Shown here: positions 43,253 through 52,798 of the stretch, piece after piece
Position numbering within the stretch: position 1 is the first letter of the stretch
How the letters are laid out: each line of letters begins with the position of its first letter
Assembly (NCBI GenBank): GCA_963840445.1
Contig: CAWIZC010000011.1
Location: forward strand, 82,841 to 146,840
Source of the DNA: an uncultured Alphaproteobacteria bacterium
GTDB lineage: Bacteria > Pseudomonadota > Alphaproteobacteria > Rhizobiales > Hyphomicrobiaceae
Reading direction: 5' to 3'
DNA: 64,000 nucleotides
Made by a program: the position numbers and the translations under genes
The notes under the pieces: generated by a model
What the model saw: only the letters and a program-made list of their open reading frames with translations
What the model was told of the DNA's origin: nothing
The model's database searches: none

Positions 43253-44470
43253 CTAGCGCGACGCGACGCTGCCAGCATCCTCTGGCGGTACGCGCATCCA
43301 GGGGTAGCCGCCGCGGCCCAGCTTGTAGCCGACCTCGTACAGGTCCTTCATGTAGACGGGATCGAACACCTCGGTCTGCTTGACCGCGAAGTCTGGCGGG
43401 ATGGCGGCCAGGCGGAACTCCGCATCGTCGCGTTCGGCCGTGGCATAGATGCGATTGATGTCGCCGATGCTCTGGCTCTTGGTGATGGTAAACAGCGAGC
43501 GGGCGCTGATGGCCAGCGTGTTGGCCTGCACGGCTTCATACTCGGGAGACAGCTTGCCGTTCTTGACCACATAGATGCGGCGGATGGGCGGCTTCGGATA
43601 GAGCTTGTCGAAGGTTCTGAGAGACAGGTTGGCCGGAGCCACGAACACCTGCCGGGTCGGACCGCCGTCGACGTGCATCTCCTCGAGGATCTGGTCGCCG
43701 ACGCGTACCTTGATGTGCACCGGCGGGAAGGCGCCGGGAATGGAGGCCGAGGCCAGCAGCACCTGCTGGAACAGCTCCACCGCATAGGGGTGCTGGTTGG
43801 TCGCGATCTCGCCCATGTTCCAGATCACCGGCCGCTGGGCATCGAGATTGGTGGTGCCGATCAGCAGGACGCGGCCGCTGCGATACTCGCGGGCGATGCG
43901 ATCGAGCAGAGAGCGCGTGACGTACTTGGCAATCAGCTTGCGCAGGGGCGTGGAGTCGGCAAACAATTCAGCGCCGAACAGACCAGCCAGGATCTGTGGC
44001 GTCGCCAGGTCCGCGGTGTCGTACTTGGTCCAGATCTCGCGCAGAACGCGATCATACTCCGGACCGAGGTAGGCGAACGGCGCGGTCAAAGCGCCCGCGC
44101 TCACCCCCGTCACCACCTCGAACTCGGGCCTGTCGCCGCGCTTGGTCCAGCCTGCCAGCAGGCCAGCGCCGAACGCGCCGTCGCCGGCGCCGCTGGACAG
44201 CGCCAGATACTCGACGACCGGCCGCTCCCCGAAAATTCTGCGCGATACCGCCATGCGCTTGGCGGCCGGCATGTGCGTCTGCACGAAGGCGAGGATGTCG
44301 TTGGGCGCCTCGTCGCCCCAGAAGCGGGCGTGCGACAGGCCCGGGATGGCGGCTGAGTCAACCAGGGTGGCCGGCACAGGCGTACGCTCGACACGCGCGG
44401 CGCAGCCACTGACGGCGATGGCCACGCAGCACAGGATCAGCGCCAGACGACTGCGATACGCGCGAACCAT
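43253..44470 (-). CDS. patatin-like phospholipase family lipoprotein
   Basis: lipobox …AIAVSGCAA; GxSxG …VVTGVSAGALTAP…; Asp-Gly catalytic dyad region …MHVDGGP…. Confidence 0.8.
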   Translation of the reverse strand: MVRAYRSRLALILCCVAIAVSGCAARVERTPVPATLVDSAAIPGLSHARFWGDEAPNDILAFVQTHMPAAKRMAVSRRIFGERPVVEYLALSSGAGDGAFGAGLLAGWTKRGDRPEFEVVTGVSAGALTAPFAYLGPEYDRVLREIWTKYDTADLATPQILAGLFGAELFADSTPLRKLIAKYVTRSLLDRIAREYRSGRVLLIGTTNLDAQRPVIWNMGEIATNQHPYAVELFQQVLLASASIPGAFPPVHIKVRVGDQILEEMHVDGGPTRQVFVAPANLSLRTFDKLYPKPPIRRIYVVKNGKLSPEYEAVQANTLAISARSLFTITKSQSIGDINRIYATAERDDAEFRLAAIPPDFAVKQTEVFDPVYMKDLYEVGYKLGRGGYPWMRVPPEDAGSVASR

Positions 44471-44683
44471 CCACCCCCGGAGCGCCAGCGGCGCACCCCT
44501 CCTACTCGACGTAGTGGTGCCAGGACGCGGTTGTGGCGTCAACCGCCGAGTTGTCACCTAACAGATTGGTTACACAGATGTTTTCTGGTTGTTGCCGGCG
44601 CATGCGGAAAAGCCACGCATCAGCCCGCGCAAATGGGCGGCACGGCTGCTTCCAATTCGGGCAGCAGCCCCTATGTTGCGGCC

Positions 44684-46106
44684 ATGACTTTACAACCCGC
44701 TGACATCGCCGCCGGCATGGAGCTGCCGGTGCCACGGACCGCTTGGCGCATCGAGATCATCGACACTCTGCGTCTGGCCTGGCCGATGGCCGTCACACAG
44801 CTCGGCCAGGTCGCCATGATGACGACCGACCTGATGCTGCTGGGGCGCCTGGGAGGCCAAGTGGTGGCGGCGACGGCACTTGCCCATACCGTCCTGTTCG
44901 CCGCCTTCACGGTCGGCATGGGCCTCGTCTCGGCGGTGGCGCCGCTGGCCTCGCAGGCCTTCGGCGCGCGCCAACCACGCATCGTGCGGCGGGCGCTGCG
45001 CGTCGGCCTGTGGGCTGCGCTGATGCTCGGCATTCCGGGCATGGCTTTGCAGCTGTGGGGGCGGGACATTTTGATTCAGCTTGGTCAAACGCCTGAGGCT
45101 GCGACGCTGGCCGGCCGCTATCTCAACGGGCTGGCTTGGTGCCTTGTGCCGGGCTGGGCTTTCCTGGCCTTGCGCAACTTCATGAGCGCGGTCAACCGGC
45201 CGGAGCCGGCGCTGTGGATCACGCTGGCGGCCATTCCGGCCAACCTGGTGCTGGCATATGCCCTCATCTACGGAGCCTTCGGCCTGCCGGAGCTCGACCT
45301 GCTGGGCGCGGGCCTTGCCACGACGGTGGTCAACATCGGCATGTGTGCAGCGGCGATCTGGGTCTGCTATGCCCGCCACCCGTTCAAGAAGTATCGCGTG
45401 CTCGGGCGTTTCTGGCGCTCGGACTGGCCGCTTTTTGCCAAGCTGATCGAGGTCGGCGCACCGATCTCGGGCACGTTCCTGCTGGAGTTCGGCGTGTTCG
45501 CGGCTGCGGCCCTGCTGATGGGCATGATCGGCACGACGGCGCTGGCGGCGCATCAGATCGCACTGCAGACGGCGGCCATCATGTTCATGGTGCCGTTCGG
45601 CATCTCGATGGCGGCCACCGTGCGAGTCGGCCATGCCGCCGGACGCGCGCGATGCCGGCGCGGTGCGCAGGGCCGGCTTTGCCGCAATCCTGCTCGGCTC
45701 CGTGTTCATGGCGGCCATGACGCTGCTGGTCGCGCTCACGCGTCACATCATCCCCTACGCGTTTCTCGGCGCCGGCGACACCGGCGCGGCGGACGTGGCG
45801 GCGCTCGCCGCGACGCTGCTGCTGCTCGGCATGTCCTTCTTCATCGCCGACGGCATCCAGACGGTCACGAACGGTGCCTTGCGTGGCCTCAACGACACAC
45901 GCGTGCCGCTGCTGTTCTCGGCGCTGAGCTTCTGGGGCATCGGCTTCACGACCTGTTACGCCCTGGCGTTCTGGGCGGGCTGGGGCGCAGTGGGCGTATG
46001 GATCGGCCTGTCGCTGGCGCTGACCGTCTACGCGGGCCTGCTGGTTTGGCGCTTCCATGTGCTGAGCCGCGAGGGCTACCTGCCGGAGCTGCCGCCGGGC
46101 GCGTGA
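44684..46106 (+). pseudogene. MATE family efflux transporter, frameshift ~45650
   Basis: first ~320 codons in frame of ORF 44531..; C-terminal 157 codons in ORF 45633..46106 (…NGALRGLNDTRVPLLF…). Confidence 0.75.
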
Positions 46107-46243
46107 GGCTCTGCCGCTGCTGTCGCCTTGCGCCTCTCTCGGCGCGGGCGAATTGCCGCGCTTCACGGTTCAGCCTCATTTTCAGCCGATTTGCCCATCC
46201 CCTTGCCCTGCTTCAACAAAAAGCAGTGCAGGGAAATGAGCAA

Positions 46244-46822
46244 ATGAGCATGAAAGTGAAGTTGTTCGGCATCATGGGGGCGCTTGTCCTGCTTGGGACT
46301 GCCACCGCGGCCGAGGCGAGGCGTCATGAGTGGTCCGATGAAAGCGGGTGGGAGGACGAGGGCCCACGATCAAGGGCCGCGAGCGCCCGACGCTATGAGT
46401 GGTCGGAAGACGACGAAGAGTCAGCCCCGCGCCGTGTGCATCGCAGGCAGCGGTCGCATCAAGTGCGGACCGAACGCACACAGCAGTCCGACCACGTGCG
46501 GACCGAACGGAAAGAGCAGTCCCTGACCGCGCAGGTCCATAGCGGCAGCTTCCGCAACGTCGGACCGCGCCCGGGTGCATGGTGCGGCTGGTGGATGCGC
46601 ACACAGAAAGGCGGCGGGCCGGAATTCAATCTGGCCTGGAACTGGAGCCGCTGGGGCAAGGCAACCGAGCCGAAGGTCGGCGCCGTGGTGGTCTGGAGAC
46701 ACCACGTCGGAGAGATCACCGGGCGCACCAAGAATGGGCAATGGATCGTGCGCTCGGGCAACGACGGCAACCGCGTGCGCGAACGCCCGCGTTCGGTAGC
46801 TGGCGCCGTCTTCCGCATCTGA
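46244..46822 (+). CDS. secreted CHAP-like domain protein with charged Arg/Glu-rich internal repeats
   Basis: signal peptide MSMKVKLFGIMGALVLLGTATAAEA; repeats RHEWSDESGWEDE / RYEWSEDDEE and HQVRTERTQQS / HVRTERKEQS; C-terminal Cys (AWCGWW) and His (WRHHVGEI) spaced as in CHAP/NlpC amidases. Confidence 0.5.
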   Translation: MSMKVKLFGIMGALVLLGTATAAEARRHEWSDESGWEDEGPRSRAASARRYEWSEDDEESAPRRVHRRQRSHQVRTERTQQSDHVRTERKEQSLTAQVHSGSFRNVGPRPGAWCGWWMRTQKGGGPEFNLAWNWSRWGKATEPKVGAVVVWRHHVGEITGRTKNGQWIVRSGNDGNRVRERPRSVAGAVFRI

Positions 46823-46846
46823 TCTCGTCAAACCCCAACGCCGACG

Positions 46847-46939
46847 TTGTCGATCAGGCGCGTCTTGCCGAGCCAGGCTGCGGCCAGCACGCGCAAGGGA
46901 CGGCCGGCGTTGGGCTGCACCGGCTTGAGCGTCAGGGTT
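46847..46939. repeat. direct repeat DR-L: 93-bp duplicate (1 mismatch) of the panC 3' end
   Basis: identical to 48852..48944 except caaggga/cagggga. Confidence 0.85.
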
Positions 46940-47396
46940 GAGCACCTAGTCCTGGTGCGCGGCACCACTAGGAAGTCGTAGGACGGCCGCAACCATCCTG
47001 ATCGCTGGGGCCGTGGTCGCGGTCCCGGCAAGGATCGCGAGGTTTTGGTTGTGTCTGCGTAACCTTGCTGCCCGCTGCTACGGCGGTCACCACTGCACCG
47101 ATGCCAAGGGTGTGCAGCAGCGCGCGACGACTGACGTTCCGGCGCGAGGATATGTCTGTATCCGCTAACGTATGGGTCTTACGTTCCACTGCAAGAATCT
47201 CCGGTCAGAAAGTCCTGAGGCTGGCTGCCGCTTTGTCGAGAAACGTGCGTCCCCTTGAGAATGGATCGACGACGAGAATGGATCGACGACCTGCTTCCAT
47301 CTTAAGGGCTGCTGCTGAGAAAGCAAAGCTCGGACCAGTTGCGGCTCAACATGTAACGCGTCGTCAATCGCTGCGAGTGCGCCCAAGTGTCGTCGG

Positions 47397-48470
47397 CTAC
47401 TCGGCTGCCTCGTCCCGCCTCACCAACAACCCCTCCCGCAACAGTCGTTGCGCCAGCACGATCTTCCCAGCCTCATCGAGGTGGCCTGGCAGATCGCGCA
47501 CTGCGAAAGGCGCTCCGTCGAGGGCGAACAGCACAGCGTCGCGCGTGAATACGGGAAGACTGATCTCGGTTGCTCCGAATAGCAACACGAGCCTCTCGTT
47601 CTCTTCGCGCACTAGGTAGACAAGGTCTGGCCGGGGTGCGAGTGCGCTCTCGATCGAGAGCGCCGCCTCTAGTTCCCGCAGACACCCGTCAAGCGCGGGC
47701 CGGCGCGAGGTCACAAAGTCTTCGGCAAGTCGCTCGAGGATCGGCGCCAACTGGGCATCGCGGGCAAACGCGTCAACAAGGGAGCGGAAAGTCGCGTGGG
47801 CCTGATTGGGGTCAAAGCTCGCATTGGCAAAGCCGACCGGCAGGCTGGCGCGGAATGCGGGCGACGCAAGGCACGCCGCAGACACAGCCTCCATCATCAC
47901 GTCCGCCCAGGTCTTGCCTATGAGGCCCAGCGTGATGTGCAGCGATGTCTCATCCGTCGAGCGAGCCGAATGATAGAGCCCGCGCGGGCAGTATAAGAGA
48001 TCGCCCGCATGCAGCGTAAACTCGCGGGTGGGCGGACCAGGCGTATGTCTGTCTGGATCGAAAGCCTGCCCCCGCAGCGGCAGCACAATCCCGGTGTCAT
48101 ATATGGTCCACAGCTTTGACCCCGAGACCTGCAGCACGAACACGTCATGGCTGTCGAAGTGCGTCTTGAAGCCCTGGGCGTGCGGCGGCGAAAGATAGAT
48201 GTTGGTTTGAAAATGGCTGCTGAAGGTTCTTTCGACGACTCGGCACAGAGCGGCAAGTGGCGGCAGGCGCTCATGCATCTGTGAAAGGGAGATCGTGGCG
48301 CCGGTACGATACAACTGGTAGGCCCGCGGCAGGTCGATCCTGCCGGGCGGCTCGGAGTTGGGAAACGAGTAGTCCTCGGACTTGATCTCCCGTGCTGCGT
48401 CGACCAGAAAGACGTCGGCATTGCTAGGGGTGGTTGTCGAGAGGTAGCGATCGATCGCGTCAACGCTCAA
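47397..48470 (-). CDS. JmjC / cupin-4 family protein (ribosomal-oxygenase-like 2-oxoglutarate/Fe(II) hydroxylase)
   Basis: 357 aa; …NIYLSPPHAQGFKTHFDSHDVFVLQVSGSKLW… His-x-Asp…His cupin core; located inside insertion bounded by the 93-bp direct repeats. Confidence 0.65.
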   Translation of the reverse strand: MSVDAIDRYLSTTTPSNADVFLVDAAREIKSEDYSFPNSEPPGRIDLPRAYQLYRTGATISLSQMHERLPPLAALCRVVERTFSSHFQTNIYLSPPHAQGFKTHFDSHDVFVLQVSGSKLWTIYDTGIVLPLRGQAFDPDRHTPGPPTREFTLHAGDLLYCPRGLYHSARSTDETSLHITLGLIGKTWADVMMEAVSAACLASPAFRASLPVGFANASFDPNQAHATFRSLVDAFARDAQLAPILERLAEDFVTSRRPALDGCLRELEAALSIESALAPRPDLVYLVREENERLVLLFGATEISLPVFTRDAVLFALDGAPFAVRDLPGHLDEAGKIVLAQRLLREGLLVRRDEAAE

Positions 48471-48847
48471 CAGCGACGCAAACTTCGAGGATTGCTGCCG
48501 TTCAATCAGTAGCGGCTTGCGTTCGTAGACTCTGCGAAGAATGCCACCGGCTCGATCGGATCAATCAGCCACTCGAACGATACGGCCATACGTTCACCCG
48601 CAATTCCGTGCGTGATCACTTCTCAGCTTGCACCACCCCCGGCTCCACACTCACTGGATCCATTCGGGGAAGGGATGATGCGCGGGGTAAGTATCCACGC
48701 GCGTGTGGACTTGCGCCAGGGTGGCGACACGCGAAGGGGCGGCATCGGTAATTTGGCGGACGGCCCGACATGGTGGCGCGCCGCCGGACGCAAAGGCGCA
48801 GAATGAGGGCGGTCCGCAAACTCCATTGCAAATAGACAGCGCGAGGC

Positions 48848-49699
48848 TCAGACGCCGACGTTGTCGATCAGGCGCGTCTTGCCGAGCCAGGCTGCGGCCA
48901 GCACGCGCAGGGGACGGCCGGCGTTGGGCTGCACCGGCTTGAGCGTCAGGGCGTCGCGCACCTCGACGTAATCGATCTTGCCGAATCCGACCGCTGTCAG
49001 GGCGGCCTTGGCCGCGCCGGTCGCCGCATCGATGTTCCCGCCGGCGGCCACACTAGCTGCTACGCCCATCAGCGCGCGGTGCAACGTCGGGGCGATACCG
49101 CGCTCCTCGGCCGACAGGTAGGCGTTGCGCGAGGACAGCGCCAGCCCGTCGGACTCGCGCACCGTCGGCGCGCCGACGATCTCCAGCGGCAGGTTGAGGT
49201 CGCGCACCATCTGCGTAACGACCATCAGCTGCTGGTAATCCTTCTCCCCGAACACGGCGATGTCGGGCAGCACCTGCGTGAAGAGCTTGCAGCACACGGT
49301 GGCGACGCCGCCAAAGAAATGTGGTCGGAAGTCACTCTCCAACCCCTCGGCGGCGCCGGCTGGAACGATGCGCGTGGCGAAGCCCTCGGCGTACATTTCG
49401 CCGAGGGTCGGCGTCCACACCGCATCGCAGCCCACGCCGGCAAGCTTGGCGAGATCACCCTCCTCGTCACGCGGATAGCGGGCGAAATCCTCATGCGGCG
49501 CGAACTGCGTGGGATTGACGAAGATGGAGACGACGGCACGCGCGCAGCGCGCCCGCGCCAGACCTACAAGCTGCAGATGTCCCTCGTGCAGGGCACCCAT
49601 GGTCGGAACCAGGGCTACGCCCTCATGACGCTCGCGCCAGCCGCGCACTTGCGTGCGCAAATCGGAAATCGTGCGGATGACTGGAATGCCGCTTGCCAT
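48848..49699 (-). CDS. panC: pantoate--beta-alanine ligase
   Basis: MASGIPVIRTISDLR…VPTMGALHEGHLQLV… HIGH-type motif; C-terminus …AAWLGKTRLIDNVGV. Confidence 0.9.
   Translation of the reverse strand: MASGIPVIRTISDLRTQVRGWRERHEGVALVPTMGALHEGHLQLVGLARARCARAVVSIFVNPTQFAPHEDFARYPRDEEGDLAKLAGVGCDAVWTPTLGEMYAEGFATRIVPAGAAEGLESDFRPHFFGGVATVCCKLFTQVLPDIAVFGEKDYQQLMVVTQMVRDLNLPLEIVGAPTVRESDGLALSSRNAYLSAEERGIAPTLHRALMGVAASVAAGGNIDAATGAAKAALTAVGFGKIDYVEVRDALTLKPVQPNAGRPLRVLAAAWLGKTRLIDNVGV
48852..48944. repeat. direct repeat DR-R (native panC 3' end)
   Basis: see DR-L. Confidence 0.85.
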
Positions 49700-49877
49700 G
49701 CCTTCGCTGCCAACCAGGGAGTGGGCGAAACGGGGTACGACCCTTCGCTGCGACGATCCACTGAAGCATGCCCCGCGTCGGCGAGGGGTCTGACCCCGAC
49801 GCACCGAGGAATGGGCGCTGCTTATATAGTGCTGCTCTCTGTCCGAGAAGGGGGCTGACCTGGGCCAGCGTCCGCTG

Positions 49878-51458
49878 CTACTCGGCCTTCATGACCAGGC
49901 AGTCGACCTTCAGGCGTTTCAGCTCACCGCAGGCGGCCGCCGCCGACTGGGCATCAAAGCCGGCAAAGCGCGCACGGTGGAACACTTTGTCCCCCTGCTT
50001 GAACTGCACGGTGACAGGGGTCCGATTGCGCAGCGCCGCCGGCGCCCGCTCACGCACGGCCGTCAGCTGGCGCTCGGCTTCAGCGGCACTCTGGTAGGCA
50101 CCGATCTGCACATGGAACCCACCCGGCGTGACCGCGGCAGCCTCCACCTGGGCCGACCATCGGGGTTTGCTCTCTGCCTCGCTCGGCGCCAGCGTGGCGA
50201 CGGCCGGACCGGGCCGTACGGCGCCGCCACCGAGCTTTGCAGCCTGGTCCTCCAGGGTCGAGGGCTGGGCGCCGCGCATGGTTGGGTCGGGGAGCACAGC
50301 TGACGGCGGACGCATCAGCGACCCGCCCGTTGTTGCGGTCACCCACTGCTGCGGGGCCGGCTGGGGCTTCTCCAGCACTGCCTCGATGCTGTCGGGCGCT
50401 TTCTGGGCGGGGCGCGGCGTCACCAGCACGGTGCGGACACGGGCGACCTCGATGGGCCGCGTGGAGGCCTGCGTCTGCTGCGGCACCTCGGCCTCTGCCG
50501 GCGCCATCGGCTTGGCGGGCGGGCGGATGACCCGCTCCGGGGTCGGAACCTCGGCCACCACTTTGCGCTCGGGCCCTGCCTTGGCGCGGGCGGCCACCAG
50601 CGCGGACGCCGGCACGCGCGTCTTGACGGGCGATGCCTTGACCAGTCCGATGTTGAGGAACGTGCGCATGGTGCGGTCACGCGTGGAAGCACTCTCGCCG
50701 CCGAACACCGCGCCGATGACATGCTTGTGCCCGCGCCGCACGGACGCCACGAGATTGAAGCCCGAGGCATGCGTGTAGCCGGTCTTCAGGCCTTCCGTGC
50801 CTTCATAGTTGGCAAGCAGGTTGTTGTGATTTTTGTACGTGTCGCCGTTGTATGTGAAAGTGCGGGTGGCAAACAGCGGGTAGTGCCTCGGGAAGTCGTC
50901 CTGCAGGCGCAGTGCCAGGGTCACCATATCGCGGGCGGTCGTCACCTGCTCATCGTCGGGAAGGCCCGACGCGTTCTTGAACACGGTGTCCTTCATGCCG
51001 AGTTGGGCCGCCTTCTGGGTCATCAGGCGGGCGAACTTGGCTTCCGTGCCGCCGATGTGCTCGGCAACCGCCACCGCTGCGTCGTTTGCGGACTTGGTTA
51101 TCAGGGCCTTGACGGCGTCGAGCAGAGCGATCTCCGCGCCTTCATCAAGTTCGAGCTTGGTTGGGGCGGCGGCCGCGGCGGCGGCCGACACCTTGATCCT
51201 GCTGTCGTAGCTGAGGCGGCCCTGCTCGATCTGCTCGAAGACGAGGTAGAGCGTCATCATCTTGGCGAGCGACGCCGGATGCCGCAGGGCGTCTGCCGCG
51301 TTCTGATAAAGGGTCTGCCCGGTGTTGGCGTCGACGATCAGGACGGCATGCTTGTCGGCCGCGCCCGCCTGCCCGGCAAGCGTCACAGCACCCAAAAGTG
51401 CCAGCGCCGCAACGCGAATGACGCGCGGCAGACGGTATCCCAGCTTATGAACGGCCAT
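49878..51458 (-). CDS. D-alanyl-D-alanine carboxypeptidase (PBP5/6 family) with C-terminal SPOR domain
   Basis: signal peptide; SxxK …HPASLAKMMT…, SGN-type …KSANDAAVA…, KTG …LKTGYT…; C-terminal …FHVQIGAYQSAAEAER… SPOR fold. Confidence 0.85.
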   Translation of the reverse strand: MAVHKLGYRLPRVIRVAALALLGAVTLAGQAGAADKHAVLIVDANTGQTLYQNAADALRHPASLAKMMTLYLVFEQIEQGRLSYDSRIKVSAAAAAAAPTKLELDEGAEIALLDAVKALITKSANDAAVAVAEHIGGTEAKFARLMTQKAAQLGMKDTVFKNASGLPDDEQVTTARDMVTLALRLQDDFPRHYPLFATRTFTYNGDTYKNHNNLLANYEGTEGLKTGYTHASGFNLVASVRRGHKHVIGAVFGGESASTRDRTMRTFLNIGLVKASPVKTRVPASALVAARAKAGPERKVVAEVPTPERVIRPPAKPMAPAEAEVPQQTQASTRPIEVARVRTVLVTPRPAQKAPDSIEAVLEKPQPAPQQWVTATTGGSLMRPPSAVLPDPTMRGAQPSTLEDQAAKLGGGAVRPGPAVATLAPSEAESKPRWSAQVEAAAVTPGGFHVQIGAYQSAAEAERQLTAVRERAPAALRNRTPVTVQFKQGDKVFHRARFAGFDAQSAAAACGELKRLKVDCLVMKAE

Positions 51459-51817
51459 TCCCTCTCCGTTCGACACCTGTGGGCCGGCTTCGACTGGCCG
51501 ACCCTTCTTCCCCCGACGCCCAGGTGTTTGGCCTACGATTCGTGCAAACCGAAGGCGATCACCATTTCTGGGATTCTATGAGGCAGGTCAACGCCTCGGC
51601 CGAGGGTCCCATTCGAGAATAAAGCTACCGCGAGGCGCGTATGCGGTGGGTTAAGCGGACTGGTTAATAAATCGGCAGCTGCCTACCAACGTGTCGCATG
51701 TTGCGCTGCAGCATGAAACTTGACAGTTTTTTGTGCGGTGCATATAGTGACGGATACCGGACACTTGGTTCAAGCGTCATACCCCAGAAACTCCCCCCGC
51801 AAACACAGGACACACCA

Positions 51818-52147
51818 ATGATGAAGAACTTCGAAGACATCCAGAAACTCAGCCAGAACAACATGGACGCCGCCATGAAGGTGTTCGGCGAGTGGAACAA
51901 GGGCTGGCAGGCGATCGCCGCCGAGATCACCGACTACACCAAGAAGTCGTTCGAGGAAGGCACCGCCACCTTCGAGAAGCTCGCCTCCGCCAAGTCGGTC
52001 GAGCAGGCCATCGAGATCCAGACCGGTTTCGCCAAGCGCGCCTACGACGGCTACATGCATCAGATGTCGAAGATCGGCGGCATGTATGCCGAGCTCGCCA
52101 AGGAAGCCTACAAGCCGGTCGAGAAGGCGCTTCAGAACGGACGCTGA
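51818..52147 (+). CDS. phasin family PHA granule-associated protein
   Basis: MMKNFEDIQKLSQNNMDAAMKVFGEWNKGWQAIAAEITDYTKKSFEEG… typical alphaproteobacterial phasin. Confidence 0.85.
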   Translation: MMKNFEDIQKLSQNNMDAAMKVFGEWNKGWQAIAAEITDYTKKSFEEGTATFEKLASAKSVEQAIEIQTGFAKRAYDGYMHQMSKIGGMYAELAKEAYKPVEKALQNGR

Positions 52148-52196
52148 TCGACTTCATAATCGACCACTTGCGCGTCACGGCAGGCGCGCAACGAGG

Positions 52197-52238
52197 AAGG
52201 CCCGGGTGCAATCACACGCACCCCAGGGCCTTTTTTCG
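52197..52238 (+). terminator. rho-independent terminator after phasin gene
   Basis: GGCCCGGGTGC…GCACCCCAGGGCC hairpin followed by TTTTTT. Confidence 0.6.
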
Positions 52239-52459
52239 TCGCATTTCGCCCCCTTGATATTCGCAGCGGAGGCGCAATATTCAGCGGGTGCGCATGCAAG
52301 CAGTGTGTGACGGGCTGCATGCCTGCCCAGCCCCTTGTGATATTTGCCGACCCTGCCTAGCTACCGTTAAAATGGCGAACGGTCAGCCATGCCGGCCGTT
52401 CAGAACACACATCGGCGCGAATCTTGCGAAACTCAGCGGACATGGACAGGGACATACGC

Positions 52460-52789
52460 ATGGCCGGCAAGAACGGCTCGCGAGACGAAGGGGAAGGCAA
52501 GACCGGCCTCATCACCAAGACGCGGCCGAAAACCAAGAAGCCCAGCTTGTATAAGGTACTGCTGCTGAATGATGATTACACGCCGATGGAGTTCGTGGTG
52601 CACGTGCTGGAGCGCTTCTTCAACAAGGGGCGCGAGGAAGCAACCCGCATCATGCTGCATGTGCACCATAAAGGAGTCGGCATTTGTGGCGTGTATACTT
52701 ACGAAGTCGCCGAGACGAAAGTTGCCCAGGTGATGGATTTCGCCCGCCAGAACCAGCATCCGTTGCAATGCACCATGGAAAAGGAGTGA
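52460..52789 (+). CDS. clpS: ATP-dependent Clp protease adaptor ClpS
   Basis: …[27 protein letters not shown]…[27 protein letters not shown]…. Confidence 0.9.
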   Translation: MAGKNGSRDEGEGKTGLITKTRPKTKKPSLYKVLLLNDDYTPMEFVVHVLERFFNKGREEATRIMLHVHHKGVGICGVYTYEVAETKVAQVMDFARQNQHPLQCTMEKE

Positions 52790-52798
52790 CGGTCCCCC

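Noticed and set aside
43253-44470. Patatin-like phospholipase as a possible defence effector (e.g. CBASS-type)
   Set aside because: Has a lipoprotein signal and no neighbouring cyclase/sensor genes; more consistent with a periplasmic housekeeping lipase.
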